Of a stretch of DNA of 64,000 nucleotides, positions 49,054 to 60,700 are shown piece by piece. The notes under the pieces are model-generated. The model had not been told where the DNA came from. It saw only the letters and a program-made list of their open reading frames with translations, and searched no databases. Origin of the DNA: Octopus sinensis (taxonomy: Eukaryota); the NCBI RefSeq assembly GCF_006345805.1, contig NC_042998.1:83328001-83392000 (forward strand). The letters run 5' to 3'. The translations under genes were made by a program, and so were the position numbers. Each line of letters begins with the position of its first letter. Position 1 is the stretch's first letter.

Positions 49054-51676
49054 CATACATACATACATACGATGGGCTTCTTTCAGTTTCCGCCTACCAA
49101 ATCCACAAGGCTTTGGTCGGCCCAAGGCTGTTGTAGAGAACACTTGCCCAAGGTGCTATGCAGTGGGACTGAACCCGGTACCATGTGGCTGGTAAGCAAG
49201 CTACTTACCACACACCCACTCCTGCACCTATTACACACACACACACACACACACACAAGTGGGTGCTGATAAGTTCCTAGCTTTGGGTAAAAGAAAATAC
49301 AGGAGGGTCAATTAATTTATGATTTTATCCAACACATTCCCCTCTCAGATTCATACACTTATTGCAGTAGTCCTTCTGTTTTTCTAAGCTGTGTAAAACA
49401 ACTTGAAAGGTTGAGCCTCCAACCAGGCCTTTTACGATACCTTTAAAGTCAGGAATTTTTCAGCACCCCGTCATATATATATATACACCAATCCATTGGT
49501 TAAATTTTATTTGGTTTAACATAAGATTTGTTGTTTAACTTTTCCATTGTTGACATTCAATAGTCTATCTTAGTCAAGTGTAACCGTTAATGGTTTCTCT
49601 GTCTCTCATTAAAATCACTACCTCCACCCATTAAGTCAACTGATAAGCCAAGTTAGTTTGTTTTTCATATATAATGGCCACGTATAGAGCTCGTTGCTCT
49701 TTGTTCCTGCTCTCTCTCACTCTATCTATCTATCTTTCTCTTCTCCCACTCTTTCCCCCCTTTTATCGCCTATTCTCTCTTTTCCCTTTCTTTCATTTTC
49801 TCTATCAATCTGTCTGTCTCTCTCTTTCTCTTTCGCTCTATCTATCTATCTCTCTCTTTCCCCTCTCTCTACCCCCTTTATATATATATGTGTATATATA
49901 TATCATCATCATCATCATCATCATCATTTAGCGTCCGTTTTCCATGCTAGCATGGGTTGGACGGTTCTACTGGGGTCTGTGAAGCCAGAAGGCTTCATCA
50001 GGCCCAGTCAAATCTGGCAGTGTTTCTACGGCTTGATGCCCTTCCTAACGCCAACCACTCCGTGAGTGTAGTGGGTGCTTTTTACGTGCCACCCGCACAG
50101 GTGCCAGACAGAGCTGGCAAACGGCCACGAACGGATGGTGCTTTTTATGTGCCACCGGCACGAGGGCCAGGCGAGGCTGGCAACGGACACGAAACGGGGC
50201 GGTGCTGGCAACGGTCGCGAAACGGAAAGTTCTCTTACATGCCACCGGCACTGGTAACACATCTGCAATTTCCATTGATCGATTTCCATAAATATATATA
50301 TATATAATATATATATATATTTAGTGAAGGGAAGAAATGGAGCTGAACGAAGATTCTACAAAATTCCTTTTTATTATTTTCTAATAATAAAAAGGAATTT
50401 TGTAGAATCTTCGTTCAGCTCCATTTCTTCCCTTCACTAAATATATAAAACTTCAATTATCCGCGCTAAGGCACGGTTGCGACACCCCATGGTGGTAACC
50501 TCAACCGTGTTTTTTTCTGTTGTGATTTTTGCTACCCAGGTATCGGTTAAATTTTGAATAATCCGTAACAAGATAATTCATTTATCCATTTCAATAAATA
50601 TATATATATATAATGGTGGTGGTGGTTGTGGTGGTGGTGGCGGTGCTGGTGCTGCTGTTGTTGTTGTTCAGTATTGAGTTTATCTTATTCTTCTTTTATT
50701 TTCAGGACTTGAAGGTGAAGGCTGGTTTGATTCATGGACTTTAATACGAGCTCTGAAACAAAAAAATTTATCTCTTGGTGTAAGATATGTCACTGGTGAA
50801 GCCATTGGATTTGATCTGACATCATATGTTGAACATAGCAGTGAAGGTCTTGTAACAAAAAATAAGTTAGACTGTGTACAGGTAAATTATATGCTGGTTT
50901 CTTTTCCATTATTACAAGAAAAGGATCTACATTTTAAGAGAGATGAAATGTGAACTGGTGATGTTCATTCTTTTTCCTTGAGCATTTGTAGCAAAGCTAA
51001 AGTGAAAAGTCAATGCAGAAACATGGGTTTCATTCATCAGGAATTCAAATCATATTTTATAATCTTTTCTACTTTAAGCACAAGGCCTAAAATTTTGGCT
51101 AGTTGATTACATCAGACTCAATGCTCAACTGGTACTTAATTTATCAATCCCAAATGGATGAAAAGCAAAAGATGAGCTTGGGAGAAACATATGACAATAA
51201 TAAATCAATAATAATAATAATAAGTATTATTGAGTGAGAGAGTAGTGCATGTCATCAAAGTGACACTGGAGTAAAATATACGAAGCCCAGTATACCCATC
51301 ATGACTACCTGTCTGATAAGGGTACACCAGGCACATGCATCACAACCCTGTGTGCGCAACATGGTGATCTCATATCAAGATAAACAGCGCATGACCTTGC
51401 AGGTGGTGCTCAGTTAGAATTTTCTTCAGGTCGAGTAGGCCATCCTGCTTAAAATGTCCCTGAATAAGGATTAAGGATGTTGAATGAACCACCCATGTTT
51501 CCAAAGGTGAATTATCCCATAAGCACTATCTTTTGAATTTCTGCCATTTGGGGTTTCCTGGTATCTGAGCTAGGTAGCCATCAGCCCCTTTTGCTATCAT
51601 TCCCAGGGCACCTATGACAACAGGTTTCACATTTTGCTAATTTCTAAGATATTCCAAGATCTTTATACTTGCTCAG

Positions 51677-51711
<35 letters not shown>

Positions 51712-54700
51712 TCTACTTTAGGCACAAGGCTTTAAAAATTTTGGGGGAAGGCCTGAAATTTGGGAGGAGGGCGCTAGTCGGTTACATTGACTCCAGGCAA
51801 AGTAGCAGGGTTCCTTTCCAGTGTTTGGCCTCAAGGAGGCAATGACTAAGACCTTTGACATTATGTCATGTTTGGGAGGAGGACCCATCAAGCTGAGCAG
51901 AATCACAGTCATAGCAGATACCAGTGTCATGCAAATTGACACTCTTGGAGTGGCTGGCATTAGGAAGGGCATCCAGCCATAGAAAACCATGCCAAATCAC
52001 TGGAGTCTGGTGCAGCCTTCCAGCATGCCAGCCCAGTCAAACTGTCCAACCCATGCCAGCATGAACAATGAACATTAAATGATGGTGACGATGATCCTGA
52101 AAGGATGAAAGGTAAAGTCAACCTTGGCAGAATTTGAACCCAGAACATAAAGCTGGAAGAAATGTCATTAAGCATTTTGTCTAGTATGCTAATGATTCTG
52201 TCAGCTTGCCACTTCAACTCAGACTCCATAAGGCTAACCAGTAGCTAGTATTAACCTGTTGCCCTTATGGGAAGCCAATAAAGCATCAGTTAGATTGGTT
52301 TGTGTTAATCATTTTGGCTCTTTGCACTCAGAGTTTAAATCTGACTGAGGTTAATTTTTCCATTCATTTTTCTCTTTTCTTGTTCTACAGTATTAACCAG
52401 TACCTCATAGGGGGCCAGTTGGCAGAGTTGTTAGCCCATCAGATTGATCACTTTGTGGTAATCATTCAGGATCTCTGTGCTCTTAGTTCAAATCCCAGTG
52501 AGGTCAACTTTGCCTTTTGTTTCTTTTCTGAGTCAATAAGTAAACTACCTCTGATGTATTGGGACGATTTCCTCACCCCCATACATCCACCTCTCTCTCA
52601 CTTCTGGAAGAAATCAGCTGTGGTCAGACATGGAGAAGGATAAGCTCCTCCAAGTCTTAAAAAACGAAACACCTTAAGACAGTGTCCCTATGGCCCCACC
52701 AGGAGTTAAGGGTCCAAGGCAAAGCAATTCAGTACCTCATATTATACAGCACTTTGTTGTTCATCATTCCCAGCAGAATTAACTAGTATTTCTTACCCAC
52801 AGAACTCATAGTATCTTTTGTTTTATAATACTAACTAGCTAGCTGGTACCTTTTACCATTCAGTGATCAATAGTTACCTCTTGTTTTAGAATACTAACTG
52901 GTATTTCTTGTTCTGCAACCCTTACTAGTACCCACTCCTTTATGATACTAACCAGTAGTACCACTTTTGTCTCCATAGCTTGCACTGGGTTCTCCATATG
53001 GAGTTCCTGCCCACACATTTACTACATATCAAGCAGGGCTATTTACATGATGGAAGTAGAGTCCTGTCTGGTTTCCTGCTTACTAGAATGTTATTCTCTG
53101 CTGAGTTAACTTTAAGACCCTTTCATTCCAGGTTAAGATTAGGGTTCTTAAAATTTCCATTACAGATTCTGCAGAGGTGATGTTTGACCTAATGTCTGTT
53201 ACTTTTATTTTTCTCCTCCAGATAAAAAGTGATGATGGAATTTACCACACAAAGTTTGCCATTGTGGTTAATTGTGCTGGACCTTGGGCTGGAGAGGTGG
53301 CAGAAATGGCAGGGATTGGACATGGTAAAGACATTTTGTCTGTGCCTTTGCCTGTGGAACCCAGGTAATATAGTAGTCATATACATACATACATATGTGC
53401 GTGTGTGTGTTTGGCTCTGGATTGAATCTCTTCTATGCAACATTTCCTCCTGATAACCCCTTAATTTATTTGTATCCATTCCTTCCCCTCTGCTTCAGAC
53501 TTTCCTTTTGCAATCTTGCAAACTTCCCCACCCGTTCACACTATCCAATCCTTGGTTCCACTTCACTTACATACAACTCCCTGTAACTTCAGTGTACAGC
53601 CTCCCATTCCATCCCCACGCCCATCATATTTTTTTCATCTTCTCTCCCTTCTCACGCTCTCTCTTTCCTCTCTCCTACTGAGGTAACCATGGATTTCTTT
53701 TAATGCAAGACCCCTATTTATTTCCCTCTATTCATACTTAAACCTTTTGTCACCTAGCAAAATGACACCTCCCTTGATACTACTCTTCCCTCAGCCGAGG
53801 GGTCTTGTCTTGTAAGTTACTTGATGGTCTTACTTCAGTAAGAAGTATCCTAGCCACTCTGTAAAGTGGTTGGCATTAGGAAGGGCATCCTGCCATAAAT
53901 ACCATTCCAAAGTAGAAAGTAAAGATTGTTGCAGTTCTCTGGCTTGCCAGCCTCTGTCAAACCGTCCAACCCATACTAGAATGGAAAATTTTAAATGTTA
54001 AATGAAGATGGTGTATGTACACACACACAAATATATACACTGGATCATCCCATAAATAATGCAGTTTTTTATACTTTTATTTTTCAAAATTAAGATAAAT
54101 AGAATTCTTTTTTTATCTAAAATATGCTTGCTTTCATTTTCTACAATGCTCTTCCATCTCTTTGGTAGACTTGCAAGGCCTCTCTTCCAAAATTCACCTG
54201 TCTGTGATGAAAAATACTCCTTCAGTACTGTTCTGACCTTGTCTACAGAATTCATATTTTTCCCATCCAAATGATTTTGAAGACTGCAAAATAAATGATA
54301 TTCAGTTGGGAGAATGTCTGGCAAATATGATGGGTGGGGCATCATTTCCCATTCAAACTGCTACAGCCTTTGGAATGTTATTCTCACTGTATGTAGATGA
54401 CCGTTATCCTGATGGAAGAACACCTTTTGTCTTGAAACCAAAGATGGTCATTTTTCTTCTAGTGCTGACTTAAGCTGCTCAAAATAGATCTCCTTTGTTA
54501 TCATTTGGTTTGAGTTTAAAAGTTCAAAGTGGACTAAACCTTTCATATCCCACCAAACAGATAACAACACCTTACATGGGTGGAAACTTCTTTAGCCTGG
54601 GGTGCTGTTGTTTCTCCTTTCCCTACCCACTGTCTTTGGCACTTGACATTTTTATAGAGAACCCATTTCTCGTCACTATTCAGTCCAAAACAGAGTCATT

Positions 54701-57700
54701 CATGTGATGTGACAGCAAAGAGCACACATTCACTCTCTGCATGTGCTTAGACTTAAAAAGTTTGTGAGTCTACCCATTGGCCTAATTTACTGACTTTCCC
54801 AATGGCATGCAGGTGTCATTGACTGGTTGAATGACCAAATCCAAATGAAAAGACCAGAAGAGGATCTAAAGTTTTAGGTTATATCCTTTGTCAAAGAGAA
54901 ATAAAAGCAATAAAAGAGAGAACAGAAAAAACAATAGAAATGTTAGCAAATTTACAACTGTTTACATTTCAGGCTTGGTGTAAAAAGGAAGTTGGTACTA
55001 CATGTGTGTGTGTTCCAGTGTGTATATATATATAAATATATAATGTGAGTGGGTGTATATATGTGTGTGTGTGAATGCATGTATATACATATGTGTTTAT
55101 ATTCAGTTTTAATTCACTAATATATCATCCATTTGCAATACATGACAGCCTAACACAGACTTTCCATTGTCATTAAGAGATAATACAATTTGAGATACTA
55201 TTTCCATGAAATGTGGTGTAAACTTCAAGAAATAAGTTCATCTCATAATACTACTAGTTATTTTTATAAGCATTTTGAACTATTTATTTACTCATCTATT
55301 TGTAATTTTCCAGAAAACGCTATGTTTATGTAGTCCATTGTCCAAAAGGCCCCGGTGTTGATTCTCCATTTGTCATAGATCCAACCAAAATGTATTTTCG
55401 ACGAGAAGGATTTGGTGGACATTATATTTGTGGAATGTCGCCAACAGAAGTGAGTTCATTTGTAATATACCAGTCATGAAATTCTTCATGTATATATATG
55501 TATCCATCTCCCTCTCTCTCTATTTAGTTTGTTTAAATCAGTAGTTTATATGGATACCTAAGGGTCCATATAAGATTTTGTTGTTAAAATTTATGTATAG
55601 TAAATCAGTTATACTTCTACAACACATTAAATGTTTTAATGATTTTTTTTTTGTATGTAATTTCTAATATTCAATTATAAAATTATAATAGGGTTTCTTA
55701 AAACATCGTGATAGCTATGAGGGTCCATCCAAGTAAAATAGGAATCAAAGCACCTCTAGAAAAAAAATGGGTTGAGAACCACTGGTTGAAACCATATCAC
55801 CCTTTAGTCACTTCTTCACAAATTTACAGATTACAAATCTTCCCATGAACATGTTCACCACGTGATTAGGGGCTTCAGTTCCCAACCATATGGTTTCAGG
55901 TTCAGTCCTACTGCATGGCTCCTTAGGCAAGTCTCTTCTACAATAAAAAGCTTTGTGAGTGGATTTGGCAGATGAAAATTAAAAGAAACTCATCATATAT
56001 ATATCTGTGTGTGTGTGTTACTGTGTTTACATCTGCACTCCTCAGAAAATTGCTCAACTACAGATACTGATGTGGTTGTCAATAGATCATCTACTGGCTT
56101 TGTGCCTCTGAAGACATATAAGAAATATGACATCCCTTACAAGAAATATAAATAAGAATTAGCAACAGGCAGGACATAATTTGTTTAACCCATGTCGGCA
56201 TGGAAAACTAGACATAAAAACAAAGAAAGAAATACACCTTATGACTTGCCAGTCTGCTGGGGGTGCATCTAATTTCATGGTTTTCTTTCTCCTGGTCAGG
56301 TTGTCAACTCCTGACAGGAAAAGGGTCACTGTTTCTATTGACAGGATGCAGAATTTGAACTTGGAACAAACACACAGAGCCACAATAGATATCACAAGCC
56401 TACTATAATCCTGGGCTGACCAATGCCTTGTGAGTGAACTTAGTGGATGAAAACTGTATGGAAGCCCATTGTACCTCTCTCTCTCTATGTATATATATAT
56501 ATATATATATGTACTGGGTGTCAGTTTAGTTGGCTAACCCTTTGTCTCTTCCTAAAATTTAGAGTCCTGTGCTTATTTTAAATATCATGGGTTTTCCAGT
56601 AAAGGATTTTAAATATCTATCAAAAGAAATAGAATTAGTATTTTCTACGGGTCACATTGCCTCCTTAAACTTGACATATCTCAACAAAAAATAGTTCTAA
56701 GTATGATATTTCTCAGTAAAAGAGAGAGCTTGGTATATAAAACTGCTTTGTGCAGTTAAAAGTAATCAAATTTTGAGTTGATATATCTGACATCTGCTGT
56801 AAAAGGGTTAAAAAAAACCCAACTAATATTTACTATAGTTATGGCTGAATTTAACGAAACAAAGTAAGCAAATAGAAAATAATATTTATTGTATTTTAAA
56901 TAATTCTTTTCTCTTCTGATTTTCAGGAAGAAGAACCATCAACTGACAATCTTGATGTAGATTATGGATATTTTGATAAAAACGTTTGGCCACTTTTAGC
57001 AAAAAGAGTGTCAAAATTTGAGTCTCTGAAGGTATATATTTCCATCATTATTTAACATCAGTTTCTCAATGCATTGTCAACAGTCTGTGTTGTCTGCTTT
57101 GCTATGTCTTACTGTCCTTTTATGTTCTTTTGTAATTTCATTCTTAACTATTCTACATTAAAGTCTTTTTGTGTATTGCTTGTGTGCTTGGATGTTGCTA
57201 GTTTTAACTAGTTTAGTAACCCATATACATATGTACTCTGTCAGTGTTGCTGTTTGGGAAAAGTCATGATTAATGAGTTGACAACTATGGATATATATAT
57301 ATATTACATTGGACCTCACGGAGGCAACAAGTGACTGAGACCGTTGACAATATGCTGCACTTCAGAAGACTCATCAAGCCAAGTGAAATCATAGCCATGG
57401 CTGTTACCAGTGTCATGCAAATAGCACCCATGCAGGTGGCCTGTAAAAAGCACCCATTACACCCTTGGAGTAGTTGGTGCTAGGAAGGACATCCAGCTGT
57501 AAAGACCATGTCAAATCAGACTGGAACCTGGTGCAGTCAGATCATCTAACCCATGGCACTATAGAAAGCCGATGCTAAATGTTGATGCTGATAACATTAA
57601 ATATTCTTCATCAGCAAATATGTGATCCCTAAATTAGACAAAAATCGTCATTTTAACATCCACTTTTCCATGCTTTCAAGGGGCAAGGAGAGAGCTTTAT

Positions 57701-60700
57701 TGAGGCAGGTTTTCTATGACCAGAGGCCCTTCTGTCGCCAATCCTTACCTGCTTCAAAGCCAAGTTAGTATTACTCCATGCGCAGACTTGTTCTTGCAGA
57801 ATATGTGAAAAGAATGATGATGTTTGTATGACAATTCCAGTCATTTTACATCTATCATGCAATGTTGAGACAGAGAGATACAAATACACACATGGCAAGT
57901 AGCTTGCTTACCAATCACATGGTTCCAGGTTCAGTTCCACTGCATGGCACCTTGAGCAAGTGTCTTCTACTATAGCCTCGGGCAGACCAAAGCTTTGTGA
58001 GAGGATTTGGTAGACGGAAACTTAAAGAAGCCCGTTGTATTGAGGATATGCGTAAGCTCGCAAGAAATGAAGCCAGTATGCTCCGATGGATGTGTAATGT
58101 CAGTGTTCATAATCGTCAGAGTGTAAGTTCCTTGAGAGAAAAGCTGAACCTAAGAAGCGTCAGTTGTGGCGTGCAAGAGAGACGGCTGCGCTGGTATGGT
58201 CATGTGACAAGAAAGGCTGAAGATAGTTGTGTGCAAAAGTGCTACACCCTAGCAGTGGAGGGAACCTGTGGAAGAGGTAGACCCAGGAAAACCTGGGACG
58301 AGGTGGTGAAGCACGACCTTCGAACTTTAGGTCTCACTAAGGAAATGTCTAGAGACCGAGACCTATGGAAGTATGCTGTGCATGAGAAGACCCGGCAAGA
58401 CTAGTCAGGCCATAACCCGTGGCCCCGACCTGGGACGTAGTCAGTCCTGTGCATACCTTCCTTCTTGTGACACTTATGAAGACCTGTTGAGGCAAGTGAA
58501 AATCAAATCAAATCAAAACAAATCAAAATAGATGAACATCAGTGGAATTGTATTCTTTGTGGTACCAGTGCCGGTGGCACACAAGAAAACCACCCAAACG
58601 TGGCCGTAACCAGTACCGCATCGACTGGCCTCCGTGCTGTGGGCACAACAAACACCATCCGATCGTGGCCATTCGCCAGCCTCATCTGGCACCTGTGCCG
58701 GTGGCACATAAAGACACCATCCGAAGACCCGGCGACGTAGTCAGTCCACCTGTGCATACCTTCCCTCTTATGACACTTGTGAAGACCTGTTGAGGCAAGT
58801 GTGTGACACTTGTGAAGACCTGTTGAGGCAAGTGAAAATCAAACCAAATCAAAATAGATGAATATCAATGGAATTTGTATCTTTGTGGTTCCAGTACCGG
58901 TGGCACACAAGAAAACCATCCGAAGTGGCCGTAGCTGGTACCGCATCGACTGGCCTCCGTGCTGTGGGCACAACAAACACCATCTGATCGTGGCCGTTCG
59001 CCAGCCTCACCTGGCACCTGTGTCGGTGGCACATAAAAACACCATCCAAAGACCCGGCGACGTAGTCAGTCCACCTGTGCATACCTTCCCTCTTATGACA
59101 CTTGTGAAGACCTGTTGAGGCAGAGGCAAGTGTGTGACACTTGTGAAGACCTGTTGAGGCAGAGGCAAGTGTGTGACACTTGTGGAGACCTGTTGAGGCA
59201 AGTGTGTGACACGCGTGACACTTGTGAAGACCTGTTGAGGCAAGTGAAAATCAAACCAAATCAAAATAGATGAACATCAATGGAATTTGTATCTTTGTGG
59301 TTCCAGTACCGGTGGCACACAAGAAAACCATCCGATCGTGGCCGTTCGCCAGCCACATCTGGCACCTGTGTCGGTGGCACATAAAGACACCATCCGAAGA
59401 CCCGGCGACGTAGACAGTCCACCTGTGCATACCTTCCTTCTTGTGACACTTGTGAAGACCTGTTGAGGCAAGTGACACTTGTGAAGACCTGTTGAGGCAA
59501 GTGAAAATCAAATCAAATCAAAACAAATCAAAATAGATGAACATAAATGGAATTTGTATCTTTGTGGTACCAGTGCCGGTGGCACACAAGAAAATCATCC
59601 GAACGTGGCCATAGCCAGTACCGCATAGACTGGCCTCCGTGCTTTGGGGACGTAACAAACACCATCCGATCGTGGCCGTCCGCCAGCCTCATCTGGCACC
59701 TGTGTCGGTGGCACATAAAAACACCATCCGAGCGTGGCCGTCTGCCAGCCTCGTCTGGCACCTGCCAGCCTCATCTGGCACCTGTGTCGGTGGCACATAA
59801 AAACACCATCCGAGCGTGGCCGTCTGCCAGCCTCGTCTGGCACCTGTGTCGGTGGCACATAAAAACACCATCCGAGCGTGGCCGTTCGCCAGCCTCGTCT
59901 GGCACCTGTGTCGGTGGCACATAAAATCACCCACTACACTCTCGGAGTGGTTGGCGTTAGGAAGGGCATCCAGCTGTAGAAACACTGCCAGATCTGACTG
60001 GCCTGGTGCAGCCTTCGGGCTCCCCAGACCCCAGTTGAACCGTCCAACCCATGCTAGCATGGAAAACGGACGCTAAATGATGATGATGATGATGATGATG
60101 ATATATATATGTGTGTGTGTGTATGTTTGTCCCTCCTACCATCGCTTGACAACCGATGCTAGTGTGTTTACATCCCCGTAATTTAACAGTTTGGCAAAAG
60201 AGATCGATAGAATAAGTATTAGGCTTACAAAGAACAAGTTGATAAAGGCAGTGCTCGAGCACGGCCACATTCAAATGACTGAAACAAATAAAAGAACACA
60301 TGTGCACATTGGGTTTCTCCCAAATCCACTCACAAGGTTTTGGTTTGTCTGGGGCTATAGCAGAAGATACTTGCCCAAGGTGTTACATAGTGGGACTGAA
60401 CCTGAAAACATGTGGCTGGGAAGTAAACTTCTTATCACAGAGCTATATATCAATTTGTTGTGTTTAGGGAGAGTCATTATTCCAATATAATTAACACACA
60501 CTGATTCAAATCCACTCATTTATTAAAATTCCGACTGTTTGTCAAAGCTCCTTTGCTGCTTCTTGCAACCTTCTCAGTGACTATTGACTGAGACCTGTCT
60601 TTAGGCTCAGTCCCACTGTGTGGCATCTTGGGCAAGCATCTTCTGCTATAGCCCCAGGCCAACCAAAGCCCTGTGAGTGGATATGGTAAATGGTAACTGA

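Noticed and set aside
58400-60100. CRISPR-like repeat array
   Set aside because: Eukaryotic context, the spacers are themselves repeated, there are no cas genes, and the units derive from the RTE 3'UTR.
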